DNA from: a virus | Taxonomy: Duplodnaviria; Heunggongvirae; Uroviricota; Caudoviricetes | Virus record (IMG/VR): IMGVR_UViG_3300009826_000019 | Coordinates: 43,941 to 107,940 of that record | DNA: 64,000 bases | Direction: 5' to 3' (one strand) | Part shown: in pieces, positions 45,899-55,648 of the stretch | How positions within the stretch are numbered: the stretch's first letter is position 1 | Layout: each line of letters opens with the position of its first letter | Position numbers and translations under genes: made by a program | Notes under the pieces: generated by a model | Told to the model about the DNA's origin: nothing | The model's database searches: none | What the model saw: only the letters and a program-made list of their open reading frames with translations

Positions 45899-46243
45899 TT
45901 AGGATTTTTCTAACATTTCGATTGCAGCACCGATATTGGGTGTGATATTTAATATAGTATCAAGTTGTGATATAAAAATCAGGCGTTCCACCGCTTCGTT
46001 CAATCCACTGAGGATAAATTTACCACCGGCGTTTTTACACAACCTGTGGGCAACAAGAATTGCACCTAAGCCGGAAGAGTCACAGTATTTGCACATTTCC
46101 AAGTTCAAAATAATGTTCTTCTCACCATTCCCTGATATTAAGACTAATTCGGATTTGAGTGTTGGTGCAATATGTGTGTCTAATTTTTGTTGTTGTACAC
46201 TGATAACGGTGTGTGTAACGTTTTGGTCAATTTTTAAGTTCAT
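45899..46243 (-). CDS. STAS-domain protein (anti-sigma-factor antagonist-like)
   Basis: 114 aa; LDTHIAPTLKSEL...LEMCKYCDSSGLGAIL...GGKFILSGLNEAVERL has SpoIIAA-like topology. Confidence 0.65.
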   Translation of the reverse strand: MNLKIDQNVTHTVISVQQQKLDTHIAPTLKSELVLISGNGEKNIILNLEMCKYCDSSGLGAILVAHRLCKNAGGKFILSGLNEAVERLIFISQLDTILNITPNIGAAIEMLEKS

Positions 46244-46415
46244 TGCAATAAAATTTTTATAATAAATACTTATTTCTTTCTATAAATATACATGTTTTTC
46301 AAAAATAAACCCCTACAAATTTTATATGTAAGGGTTTAATGGAAAAATATAATGAACTACATTAGGACAAGAATGTAGGTAAGTCAAATATACTATTTTC
46401 GTTTTACATATTAAC

Positions 46416-46431
46416 TCTATTTATATTAAAA
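46416..46431 (+). promoter_or_regulatory. candidate late promoter motif TCTATTTATATTAAAA
   Basis: Lies 12 nt upstream of the ATG at 46444. Confidence 0.4.
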
Positions 46432-46443
46432 ATCGTATTTATC

Positions 46444-46851
46444 ATGAAAAAAATTAAAGTTGGAAGCGTATTGGTTGAAACAAAACGCAACTTACAATTA
46501 ACGTATGTTGGTTTGAATGAGGATAAGACACGAGCAAAGTTTGTGGGTGGAAATAATCAACAGTATTCAATGTCTAAACAAAATTTATTAAATGGTTTGA
46601 AGGAAGGAAGAATAATGGAAACAACTGAACCGATAGAAGAAGATGGTAGTGCAGCGGGTGGTGGGGCCATTTCGGGTGCTGGTGGTGGTGCGGGAGCAGG
46701 TGCTGCTTTTGGTGGAACGTATGACGCACCCGCTTTTGGTAAAGCACCCAAAAGTGTTATAAAGAAAAAACCATATACTATATGCGCCGAAGAAATTAAG
46801 AAAAACGTCATTCGCCCTATAGTAGAACAACACCTTAAAAAGTATTTTTAA
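46444..46851 (+). CDS. Gly/Ala-rich small protein; N-domain paralogous to 28706..29845
   Basis: KVGSVLVETKRNLQLTYVGLNEDKTRAKF; late motif 12 nt upstream. Confidence 0.5.
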   Translation: MKKIKVGSVLVETKRNLQLTYVGLNEDKTRAKFVGGNNQQYSMSKQNLLNGLKEGRIMETTEPIEEDGSAAGGGAISGAGGGAGAGAAFGGTYDAPAFGKAPKSVIKKKPYTICAEEIKKNVIRPIVEQHLKKYF

Positions 46852-46860
46852 TTTAATCTA

Positions 46861-46876
46861 CTATTTATTATTAAAA
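46861..46876 (+). promoter_or_regulatory. late-motif variant CTATTTATTATTAAAA
   Basis: Upstream of 46899. Confidence 0.3.
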
Positions 46877-46898
46877 TAAACGAATAATATAATTAATT

Positions 46899-48599
46899 AT
46901 GTACAAAAATAATTATGCAACCATAGAAGAGAGTATAGGTAGGATGCAGAAACTTATGGGCAACACCGCGCCGGTGGTTCGCACGGAACAAGTGCTTGGA
47001 AACATTGAAAAGGTGTATAGGGGTCATGATAATAATGCTTATGCTATTGTAAAAGAAAATTCACACTACTATTTAAAAGTATCAGGAAAAACATCAGATT
47101 TGTCTTTGAACGATTTTGAATATTTGGGTGGAAACAGACAATGTAAAAATCTGTATGAATATAGTTCCTTTGCCAATGCAGAGAAGTTCCTTAAAGAACA
47201 TTTAATTACCTTGAACCAACAGGTTAACAACCAAGAATTACTTAAAGAAGAAGCAAAACGTGTTGATACCAACCTTGAAAAAACCGCTACTTCAACAGCA
47301 ATGCGCAGTGAAATAGACCGTATTCGTGAGATTATGGAAAACACCAATAGAATTAATAAAGGTGGTAGTGCAAGTGTTGTTAAGAAATCTCTAAACGAAA
47401 AAGTAAATATCGCTAACGAAGAGAGTGGTATGATTACCGATAGTGTGAACGAAGAACCCGTAAACGAAATTATTAGCAATGCTATTAAAAATGTTGCTAG
47501 TGGAATTGGTAATATGGGTGCCGGTGTTATTCACGGTCAAACAACAGAAGGAAGCGAAGAACCTGTGAATGAATTTGTCAGTAACGCCATAAAAAACGTT
47601 GCTAGTGGAATTGGTAATATGGGTGCCGGTGTTATTCACGGTCAAACAACAGAAGGAAGCGAAGACGACGAACTTGAACTCGAATTAGACGGTGATGACG
47701 AATTTGATTTAGACGACGAATTTGACAGCGAAGAAGAAAATGAATTTGAAGAAGATTTGGAAGACGAATTTGACGGTGAAGAAGACGAAGAAATGTCAAT
47801 GCTAAATGCTTTAATGGATAAGTTGAATAGTATTGAAGAAAAATTAGACGGTGCTGACAGCGAAGAAGGTGAATTTGAAATAGATTTAGACGACGATAGC
47901 GAAGGTGAATTTGATTTAGACGAATGTGGTGTAGTTGGTGAAGGTGACGATATTGAAGAAGCGTTTCTATCTGACAAACTCAACGCAAAATATGGTACAT
48001 TACCAAAACAAGCCGATGAAGCAAAAGCAAATTTTGAAAGAGTTATCACATCTTGGTTGGAAAGAGACCGACCTGGTATGAGTCCAACAGAATTAGCAAA
48101 CGCACTTAAAGCAAAAATAGACGAAATAGTTGCCGAAGAAGAATCAGACGATATTGATAACCCACTGTTTGATGACCCCGATGACAGAATGACGGGTACT
48201 ATGGGTGAAGCCAATATGAAAAGAATGGTTCAAAAAATTATTAAAGAAACTATTAGTACAATCGCTTCTGATGTAACAAAAGATAATTTTGGATATACTA
48301 ACGCCGAACCGGATAGTAAAGGTAGAACGAGTTTTGATAACCCAAAAGCCGAAAAAGAAATTGGTTTAGGTAATCACCACGAAGATACACTTGATCAAAT
48401 TAAATCAACAACAGGAAATCATTCTAAACCTTCAACAGGTAGTACACCAGCAGGTAAAGTTGCTAACGTTATTGACGATATAGAAGTTGAAATCGTTGAT
48501 TGTTGTGAGTCAAAAAACAAAAAACCTCTCTACATTGTAGAACAAGACGGAACAGTTATTGGTAAAATTGCACGTGAAACGTTGAAGAAGCGTAAATAA
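46899..48599 (+). CDS. highly acidic low-complexity protein (566 aa) with 37-aa tandem duplication; putative scaffold/internal head protein
   Basis: EEPVNE(I/F)(I/V)SNAIKNVASGIGNMGAGVIHGQTTEGSE x2; long D/E tracts; antisense ORFs rejected. Confidence 0.55.
   Translation: MYKNNYATIEESIGRMQKLMGNTAPVVRTEQVLGNIEKVYRGHDNNAYAIVKENSHYYLKVSGKTSDLSLNDFEYLGGNRQCKNLYEYSSFANAEKFLKEHLITLNQQVNNQELLKEEAKRVDTNLEKTATSTAMRSEIDRIREIMENTNRINKGGSASVVKKSLNEKVNIANEESGMITDSVNEEPVNEIISNAIKNVASGIGNMGAGVIHGQTTEGSEEPVNEFVSNAIKNVASGIGNMGAGVIHGQTTEGSEDDELELELDGDDEFDLDDEFDSEEENEFEEDLEDEFDGEEDEEMSMLNALMDKLNSIEEKLDGADSEEGEFEIDLDDDSEGEFDLDECGVVGEGDDIEEAFLSDKLNAKYGTLPKQADEAKANFERVITSWLERDRPGMSPTELANALKAKIDEIVAEEESDDIDNPLFDDPDDRMTGTMGEANMKRMVQKIIKETISTIASDVTKDNFGYTNAEPDSKGRTSFDNPKAEKEIGLGNHHEDTLDQIKSTTGNHSKPSTGSTPAGKVANVIDDIEVEIVDCCESKNKKPLYIVEQDGTVIGKIARETLKKRK
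47449..47660 (+). repeat. 111-bp tandem duplication (two units) within 46899..48599
   Basis: The 3' ~65 bp of each unit are identical; the 5' halves differ at synonymous or conservative sites. Confidence 0.85.
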
Positions 48600-48621
48600 T
48601 ATCAATAATACATAAGGCGAT

Positions 48622-49047
48622 ATGGATAGAAATATATATGAAGCATTTCTTGAAATTAAACAAGAAATGAAAGAAGAAATATTAGAGGTGTTGGTTCCAA
48701 CGATCCAACAGGTCGCCGATTCGGTTCACAACAGTAATGTTAAAACTTTGGAGGCAATAACTGCTGAAAATAAAACATTAAAACAAGAACTTGATGGTTT
48801 ACGCCGTGTTGTAATAACTAAAAATCACTTAGGAATAATATACACAATATTATTTATGTTATTATTCACTGTTGGATTTTTATTTATTTCAAACAGACAA
48901 TTGGAACAACGTGAATTAACGTTGGAAAAGGAGTTTAGAGAATTAATGGTTAAATTGATAGATTATCGAATATTAGTTAATGACAGAGGTATTTATATCC
49001 CCGAACACAGTCCCAACTCAACTCCCGACCCAAATCCAAGAAGATAA
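48622..49047 (+). CDS. bitopic membrane protein
   Basis: TM segment LGIIYTILFMLLFTVGFLFI. Confidence 0.5.
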   Translation: MDRNIYEAFLEIKQEMKEEILEVLVPTIQQVADSVHNSNVKTLEAITAENKTLKQELDGLRRVVITKNHLGIIYTILFMLLFTVGFLFISNRQLEQRELTLEKEFRELMVKLIDYRILVNDRGIYIPEHSPNSTPDPNPRR

Positions 49048-49054
49048 AATAGGA

Positions 49055-49252
49055 ATGGAAGAAGAGGTTTTGTGTAAGATTAATCAACTTATTATGGAGA
49101 AAACCGGTAAAAGCATTGAGGATTTAGAATATGCGCCATTACCGGAAGAGGATCATAGATACAACACACAGCGTTTTGGTAGAGCGGAAGATATTCTAAC
49201 ACCAAGACAAGCAAATGAAAAAATACAAAAATTTCTATCATTAAAATTTTAA
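49055..49252 (+). CDS. hypothetical small protein
   Basis: In-frame ATG of ORF 48980..49252 lying after the upstream stop. Confidence 0.4.
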   Translation: MEEEVLCKINQLIMEKTGKSIEDLEYAPLPEEDHRYNTQRFGRAEDILTPRQANEKIQKFLSLKF

Positions 49253-49259
49253 AAAGAAA

Positions 49260-49290
49260 AATCCCATTCAAACTCGAATGGGATTTTTTA
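49260..49290. terminator. bidirectional terminator
   Basis: Hairpin ATCCCATTCAAACTCGAATGGGAT followed by T6. Confidence 0.75.
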
Positions 49291-49394
49291 TTTGGGGTGG
49301 GGTTTTTCTCAGGAAATGAATTTTACGTTGTGCACTACGTACCCCACAAAGCTTCACTTGACACTACTACTGTCTCTTCGTAACTCTTCCCAAT

Positions 49395-51311
49395 TTAATT
49401 AACTTCTTCCGCTTCCTGTGGTCCACCGGCGGTTGCTTTACTGAAATCAAAATCACCAAATGGGTTGTCCGCACCCATATTAGCAAACGGATTGCTTGGG
49501 TTTCCACCACCAGGGTTATTTGCCGCATACAATCTTGTTGAAATCGGTATCCACACCTCATCCATTTTCTTTGCTAACTCATCCACCTTTTCGTGGTTTT
49601 CGGTTTTAATAACTTCCTTCAATTCGTCAATCACCGTTTGGATTTTTATTTTTTCCTCATCGGTAATTTTATCACCCATTTCGTCAATTTGTTTTTCGGT
49701 TGAGAAAATTATGGAGTCCGCCTTATTCATAGCTAAAACCTTTTCCATTTTTTTCTTATCCGCTTCGGCGTTATCTTCTGCTTCACGTTTCATTCTTTCA
49801 ACCTCTTCTGACGATAATCCTGATGAAGATTGAATGGTGATATGTTGTTCTTTGTTTGTCCCTTTATCAGTTGCTTTAACAGACATAATACCGTTGGCAT
49901 CAATACTAAATGTTACCTCTATTTGTGGTGTACCGCGCCTTGCCGGTGGAATACCATCTAAATCAAATTGACCTAATAGTTTATTATCATTGAAAGAGGG
50001 GCGTTCACCTTGGGCTACGCGAATGGTTACTGCCGGTTGGTTATCAACTGCTGTGCTGAAAATTTGTGATTTTGAAACAGGGATTGTTGTGTTCGCATCA
50101 ATAAGTTTTGTGAACACACTACCCATAGTTTCGATACCTAATGAAAGTGGTGTGACATCTAAAAGTAGAACGTCTTGTGTTTCACCACTTAACACAGACC
50201 CTTGAACTGCTGCTCCAAGGGCAACAACTTGGTCGGGATGTACACTTTTGTTTGGTTTTCTCCCAAAAAACTTCTCAACAGCCTCTTGTACAGCGGGAAT
50301 ACGAGTACTACCACCAACAAGAATTACTTCGTCAATATCACTTGTGGTTATACCTGCGCTTTTCAATGCTGATTTACAAGGTTCGATTGTGCGTTTAACG
50401 ATAGTTTCTATCATTTGTTCAAATTTCGCACGTGTAATCGTTTGCACGAGGTGTTTTGGTACACCGTCAACCGGCATAATGTATGGAAGATTTATTTCTG
50501 TTTGAACTGAACTTGACAACTCAATTTTCGCCTTCTCAGCGGCTTCTTTCAGGCGTTGTAATGCCATTGGGTCTTTTTTCAAATCAATGGCGTATTCCTT
50601 ATTAAATTCGTCAGCAAGATAATTTATAATGACATGGTCAATATCATCACCCCCCAACCTTGTATCGCCGTCAGTGGATTTGACTTCAAACACACCACCA
50701 CCGAGTTCAAGTATTGATATATCGAATGTACCCCCACCGAAGTCAAATACAGCAATTTTCATATCGTCTTTCTTATCTAAACCAAAAGCCAATGCTGCTG
50801 CCGTAGGTTCATTAATTATACGAGCGACTTCTAATCCGGCTATTTCACCCGCTTCTTTGGTTGCTTGACGCTGTGAATCGGAAAAATAAGCCGGTACAGT
50901 GATAACTGCTTTAACCACCTCTGTTCCAAGAAAATCTTCCGCTGTTTTCCGCATTTTTTGCAGGATTATTGCTGAAATTTCTTGTGGGGAATATTCTTTA
51001 TTTTCAATTTTAACACGAATAGTGTCATTAGTACCACTTACAAGTTCGTATGCAACTTTATCCTTTTCGTTGTTGATTGAACTATATTTTTCACCCATAA
51101 AACGCTTTATGGAATAAACCGTTTTTGTTGGATTAGTTACCGATTGGCGTTTCGCGGAATCTCCCACAACACGCTCACCGTCTTTTATAAAACCAACAAT
51201 TGAGGGGGTGGTGTCCTTCCCCTCACCGTTTGGAATAACCATTGGCTTACCACCTTCTACTACTGAAACACAAGAGTTACTTGTGCCTAAATCTATACCT
51301 ATTATTTTCAT
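49395..51311 (-). CDS. dnaK: Hsp70 chaperone DnaK
   Basis: [17 protein letters not shown]...; full-length 638 aa with canonical ATPase and substrate-binding regions. Confidence 0.9.
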   Translation of the reverse strand: MKIIGIDLGTSNSCVSVVEGGKPMVIPNGEGKDTTPSIVGFIKDGERVVGDSAKRQSVTNPTKTVYSIKRFMGEKYSSINNEKDKVAYELVSGTNDTIRVKIENKEYSPQEISAIILQKMRKTAEDFLGTEVVKAVITVPAYFSDSQRQATKEAGEIAGLEVARIINEPTAAALAFGLDKKDDMKIAVFDFGGGTFDISILELGGGVFEVKSTDGDTRLGGDDIDHVIINYLADEFNKEYAIDLKKDPMALQRLKEAAEKAKIELSSSVQTEINLPYIMPVDGVPKHLVQTITRAKFEQMIETIVKRTIEPCKSALKSAGITTSDIDEVILVGGSTRIPAVQEAVEKFFGRKPNKSVHPDQVVALGAAVQGSVLSGETQDVLLLDVTPLSLGIETMGSVFTKLIDANTTIPVSKSQIFSTAVDNQPAVTIRVAQGERPSFNDNKLLGQFDLDGIPPARRGTPQIEVTFSIDANGIMSVKATDKGTNKEQHITIQSSSGLSSEEVERMKREAEDNAEADKKKMEKVLAMNKADSIIFSTEKQIDEMGDKITDEEKIKIQTVIDELKEVIKTENHEKVDELAKKMDEVWIPISTRLYAANNPGGGNPSNPFANMGADNPFGDFDFSKATAGGPQEAEEVN

Positions 51312-51328
51312 ATTAAATATTTATTTTT

Positions 51329-51796
51329 TCAATTTATATCAATTTTTCTAATTGTGGGTTGTTCGGTAGAACTCCACATTTTATCTATAACAATCTCCAA
51401 AATACCATCCACAATATGTGAAGTAGTAGTATCTAAATCACAATCTTTTGGAATGGTAAATGTTTCTTTACCGGGTTTTGTGTTGAAATGAAAACCATTA
51501 TCACGTGGTTTATACTCCACAGTTAGAGTATAATCTTGTAATGTGATTTCAATATCATTTTTTGATAATCCTGGAACCAACAATTCAATCGAATGAGTGT
51601 GTGCATCACTCTCGATATGACAGTTTGATCTACCTATACCGTATGATACAGTATAACTTGGTGGCGCAATTATGTCTTGCGCACGTGGGAGAATACCCCA
51701 CCATGGGCTTGTATCCTCACTTGGTAAAAAATCACCCACATGAAATCTATATGGATAATTACCTGTACCTGTTCTTATGTTACAACAACTTTTCAT
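51329..51796 (-). CDS. small heat-shock protein (Hsp20/alpha-crystallin family)
   Basis: 155 aa; ACD-like LLVPGLSKNDIEITLQDYTLTVE...GILEIVIDK. Confidence 0.75.
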   Translation of the reverse strand: MKSCCNIRTGTGNYPYRFHVGDFLPSEDTSPWWGILPRAQDIIAPPSYTVSYGIGRSNCHIESDAHTHSIELLVPGLSKNDIEITLQDYTLTVEYKPRDNGFHFNTKPGKETFTIPKDCDLDTTTSHIVDGILEIVIDKMWSSTEQPTIRKIDIN

Positions 51797-51908
51797 ATTA
51801 TATAATTATTATTATTATTTATTTTTACATTTACCACTATTCAAAGAGTGTGCCAAAGGATTTTTGTCACAAAAAAAGATGTTTTTTGTGACAAAATATG
51901 ACAGATTG

Positions 51909-52160
51909 TCATACTTGTCCTTCATCTACTGACACCTTTGCAGTATTGAACCGGCGTGAAATACGACCTCTTGTCAGATCGTATGGCGACATTTCTATTT
52001 CGACTTTATCACCAACTAAAATTTTAACGTAGTTTTTGCGTATTTTACCTGATATTACACACAGCACCATGTGTTCGTTTTCCAACTCAACGCGAAAGGT
52101 GGCGTTACCCAACGCTTCTGTAACTATACCTGTTTGGATTATAAGATTCTTTTTACCCAT
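51909..52160 (-). CDS. infA: translation initiation factor IF-1
   Basis: [57 protein letters not shown] nearly collinear with bacterial IF-1 as recalled. Confidence 0.85.
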   Translation of the reverse strand: MGKKNLIIQTGIVTEALGNATFRVELENEHMVLCVISGKIRKNYVKILVGDKVEIEMSPYDLTRGRISRRFNTAKVSVDEGQV

Positions 52161-52521
52161 TTTCTTTTTTTATAAATTGTTTTAAATATTTCATTTCGAT
52201 ATGTTTCTTAATAATATCCCCATGACATGACTTCGGCGCACAAAAACAACCAAGACATATGTTTTCACCACGTATATACATATCATATATTTCGTCTATT
52301 TTCTCTCTAAATGTGGGGTTATTTTCATAGTTTTCAAGAAAATATTCTTGGTATTTTGCAATTGCGGTTTCTCTATCTGATACCGTGTATTGCGCTAACG
52401 TTCCTGTTTTGGTACTATATGGATTACCCAATATGTTATTTTCTCTGTTTCTACCTATGTAGAAATACACACCATCGTTTGGGGTGTGTTTATTAATGTT
52501 TATTACTTCTATACTTCCCAC
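52153..52521 (-). CDS. DUF4326-family protein
   Basis: [15 protein letters not shown] ... [15 protein letters not shown] signature. Confidence 0.55.
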   Translation of the reverse strand: MGSIEVININKHTPNDGVYFYIGRNRENNILGNPYSTKTGTLAQYTVSDRETAIAKYQEYFLENYENNPTFREKIDEIYDMYIRGENICLGCFCAPKSCHGDIIKKHIEMKYLKQFIKKENG

Positions 52522-52709
52522 TATCTTATTACCATTACTGATTTTTCACCGATACCATTTTCTTCTTTGTGGTCTATATAATGACACACAACTTCTTCTG
52601 TAATAGATTCAATGTGGTCAAAACCCGTACCACTACAATTAACAATAAGAACTTCCATTGTTTTAGGAAGACCTTCCAACGCATTTTCTATATCAAGTAC
52701 TGTTAACAT
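52521..52709 (-). CDS. hypothetical protein
   Basis: ORF track. Confidence 0.4.
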   Translation of the reverse strand: MLTVLDIENALEGLPKTMEVLIVNCSGTGFDHIESITEEVVCHYIDHKEENGIGEKSVMVIR

Positions 52710-52750
52710 ATCAATTATTTTGTTTCAAATATACAAAAAATAACAAAAAT

Positions 52751-53758
52751 TTACAAGTATGTTGCTGTTTGAAGTAGTTTAATTACACCATCAATACCTC
52801 TTTCTCTATACAGGTCGGAAACGTCTTTACATTTCTCCGGCAGCGTTAATTTAGACCAATCTACTATGCGTATCCGCCCACACAATCTACCTACGTTCAA
52901 CGTTTCATAAATCTTTATCCAATCCTCATACGCTTTTTCTTCATAGTCGGGTATTAACAAAACACTGTTTGCTCTTTCCAACAATACGTTGAATAATCGG
53001 AAGTCGGAGTTTAATTTCTTTCCTAATATTGGAATAGCATTTGAAGGTAATGGAATAGCGTCTAAAACACCTTCGACTAATCTAACTTCACCGTCAAATT
53101 GTGTTTTATTGTATCCCCATATTATTTCACGTTTATCGTGATCTGATGGTAGAACAAATTTTGTTTGATATTTGTTTTCCTTATACAGACGACCAACAAA
53201 ATAATCTATGCTACCGAATGACCAATTAGTAAAGATTATTCGATTACGAATACTTTTTGTGTATTTACAACCGGTTGTGCATTTGTTACAAACATTTGTT
53301 GTGCAATGTATGTTATTTTTTTCGATTTCATAATCAACCAAACCACGATCAATCAAATAATTGTATGCGTCTTTATGTTCGGGTCGAAGTTTGTTTAATG
53401 GAACACAGCACTTGGGTAGTTTAAAGATGGGTTTTTCAAAACACTCTTCGTCAAAATGTAATAGGTACAAACGACTTTCCCTGATATTCTTAATCTCATC
53501 GAAATATTCTTTGTATATTCGTTCATTGCCGAATTGTTTGATTAAATAGGATAATCTACCTGATTGTTCGGGGCAACACCAAGAGTTGTATATACCTTTG
53601 GGAAAATTTACTTCCAAATTACCTTTACCCACACCCCCACAGTAGGGACAATCGTACTGCGACTGTCCATTTTCACTAACACCACGTTTAGTGCTACCTA
53701 AAAAGGATTCAAATATTCTTTCTAATTTGTTGTACATCAATCCATTTTTTGTGAACAC
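52751..53758 (-). CDS. DNA primase, T4 gp61-like (zinc finger + TOPRIM)
   Basis: CPYCGG zinc finger; blocks LPKCCVPLNKL, VRLVEGVLDAIPL and KDVSDLYRERG recall gp61. Confidence 0.7.
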   Translation of the reverse strand: MFTKNGLMYNKLERIFESFLGSTKRGVSENGQSQYDCPYCGGVGKGNLEVNFPKGIYNSWCCPEQSGRLSYLIKQFGNERIYKEYFDEIKNIRESRLYLLHFDEECFEKPIFKLPKCCVPLNKLRPEHKDAYNYLIDRGLVDYEIEKNNIHCTTNVCNKCTTGCKYTKSIRNRIIFTNWSFGSIDYFVGRLYKENKYQTKFVLPSDHDKREIIWGYNKTQFDGEVRLVEGVLDAIPLPSNAIPILGKKLNSDFRLFNVLLERANSVLLIPDYEEKAYEDWIKIYETLNVGRLCGRIRIVDWSKLTLPEKCKDVSDLYRERGIDGVIKLLQTATYL

Positions 53759-54036
53759 CTTTTACAATGCCCATATTCTTTTGCACAATCAATACACAAA
53801 TCATCGGTGTAGGTGCTTTCAAAATATAATTTTTTACCACAACAATCACAAGGTTTTGTTGTCATCGAAGCACCACCTATTTTAGAGGATACATATTTAC
53901 AATACTTACATAGACAATGTTCTCTACGTTCTTTTTTTTCTGTATCGTTGGTGTAATCTTCGATTGTTTTTTTATAACCGTCTATAACACGTTTATTTCG
54001 TGCTTTACTATCCAACGCTCTTGTTTTACTAACCAT
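53737..54036 (-). CDS. zinc-ribbon protein
   Basis: HCLCKYCKY...CDCCGKK...CIDCAKEYGHCKRC. Confidence 0.45.
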   Translation of the reverse strand: MVSKTRALDSKARNKRVIDGYKKTIEDYTNDTEKKERREHCLCKYCKYVSSKIGGASMTTKPCDCCGKKLYFESTYTDDLCIDCAKEYGHCKRCSQKMD

Positions 54037-54040
54037 ATAA

Positions 54041-54805
54041 TTACACTATATTTTGAATATTCCACTTCCTCGCTGACTTACAAAACTTTTTATATTCAGG
54101 ATATTCGTTATAAGAATGTTTCCAATACCATTCTCTGAACATATGTGGTGGGTGGTTGTTTGATAAGTCATAATAAATATCACACATACTAACGGTTACT
54201 TTACCTATTTTACAATCACCACCAATTCGGTTTTTAACCCATTTAACATCATCATGAAAAAGGTCGTGTTTATCACAAAAACACCTTACCATATTATCGC
54301 ACCACTCCTCATATTGTTCAACGGTGTTTCTAATTCTAGTATTCAACCACGTTTTTCTGTCCTCTACTTCGTCATCGTAATCTTCGAGAGAGGAAATCAT
54401 TTCCCTTTTTTCCTCATTGTAGAAATCCACATCAAACCTCAATTCATCTTCGGTATATATTAGGTCTTCCTCATATCTAGTGTCATTTGTTCTCAGGATA
54501 ACATATTTATTCTTAACAGCACCGTTGATTTCATACAGTGAAGTTGTGAAATTTGTTTCAGAATATATGTTCTCATATTCATAGATATAAGGGGCGTTGT
54601 TGTTTATTGGTGAGGATTTATCAACCAATTTCGCCTTATATAAATACATAGGGCAACCAACACCATCACACATTGCATATCTGTTTAATAATGTTAATGT
54701 ACCGTCATCGTTACCATAAATTTTACTTACACCCACCCTAGTTGTGGTAATTGCTATCAATTTTATTCCATTCATATTATTATATTTTTTTAATAAACCA
54801 ATCAT
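54041..54805 (-). CDS. hypothetical protein (254 aa)
   Basis: ORF track. Confidence 0.5.
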   Translation of the reverse strand: MIGLLKKYNNMNGIKLIAITTTRVGVSKIYGNDDGTLTLLNRYAMCDGVGCPMYLYKAKLVDKSSPINNNAPYIYEYENIYSETNFTTSLYEINGAVKNKYVILRTNDTRYEEDLIYTEDELRFDVDFYNEEKREMISSLEDYDDEVEDRKTWLNTRIRNTVEQYEEWCDNMVRCFCDKHDLFHDDVKWVKNRIGGDCKIGKVTVSMCDIYYDLSNNHPPHMFREWYWKHSYNEYPEYKKFCKSARKWNIQNIV

Positions 54806-54816
54806 ATCATTTTTTA

Positions 54817-55647
54817 CTAATTTAACCTTTCTTCTCTAAATTCACAAATATCCAACAAACAAAAGTCTATGTTATTTACCCTCGTTGTTTGTGTTGCATG
54901 AAAATGCCCATAATACCATTTTGATAATATTTTCTGATTATCTTTAATTTTATAGAAATTATTATCCATTGTTTTACGCTCTGTATCCACATCATATTTC
55001 AATTGCATATCCACCATTATCCAACTTTGGATACCGCTCTTTGTATATGGATAAACAAATGACGGTGCAGTATGTGATGCAATAATATCAATGTTATTCG
55101 GGAATTTTTTATTGATTTCATCTATCTTTGATTCATTATATATGGGCATTTCACCTTCCCAATAATATTTTCTACCGGGTTTTTCACGTTCCCACCTCCA
55201 ACGTTCAGTTCTATCAACACTCAATCCACCACCAATACATAATATATTTTTAGAAATGGTAAAGATTGGGGGTGCAAAATATAAAGAGTTGTCATCTTGT
55301 GGAAGTTCTCTTGTGTAAAATATTTCAATAACAGTGTAATCAGATACTAAATGAATGTTGGAATATGATTTGGAATATACGCCGTCAAAATATTTTGGGT
55401 CATCGTGATTTCCTCGAACTACAACAAGGTGATTCTTTTTCTTTTTTAGTTTGCTGTTGAGTTTCTTCAACTCCACTTTATTGTGTTCTTCGGAATGAAA
55501 ACCAATACCAAAATCACCAAGTTGAATGATTACATAGTTTTCCAATTGGTATTGTACACTTGCTTTGTGTGCAAGGGTACTCCATTGTCCGTGAACATCG
55601 CCAACAAAGGTTAATCCATTGGCATCATTAAATTTTATTGTATTCAT
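54817..55647 (-). CDS. metallophosphatase (PPP/ApaH-like)
   Basis: GDVHGQ ... GDFGIG ... RGNHD motifs. Confidence 0.65.
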   Translation of the reverse strand: MNTIKFNDANGLTFVGDVHGQWSTLAHKASVQYQLENYVIIQLGDFGIGFHSEEHNKVELKKLNSKLKKKKNHLVVVRGNHDDPKYFDGVYSKSYSNIHLVSDYTVIEIFYTRELPQDDNSLYFAPPIFTISKNILCIGGGLSVDRTERWRWEREKPGRKYYWEGEMPIYNESKIDEINKKFPNNIDIIASHTAPSFVYPYTKSGIQSWIMVDMQLKYDVDTERKTMDNNFYKIKDNQKILSKWYYGHFHATQTTRVNNIDFCLLDICEFREERLN

Positions 55648-55648
55648 T

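Noticed and set aside
47069-48214. Antisense and alternative-frame ORFs inside the acidic-repeat gene (47069..47479, 47391..47645, 47642..48214) and inside 28706..29908 (28776.., 28961.., 28998.., 29399.., 29697..)
   Set aside because: Ser/Ala-rich translations of the opposite strand of GAA/GAT-rich coding sequence, a typical artefact.
49395-52160. Host-DNA contamination as the source of dnaK, hsp20 and infA
   Set aside because: Base composition, the intergenic terminator style and the surrounding phage genes (DUF4326, gp61-like primase) are continuous with the rest of the window.
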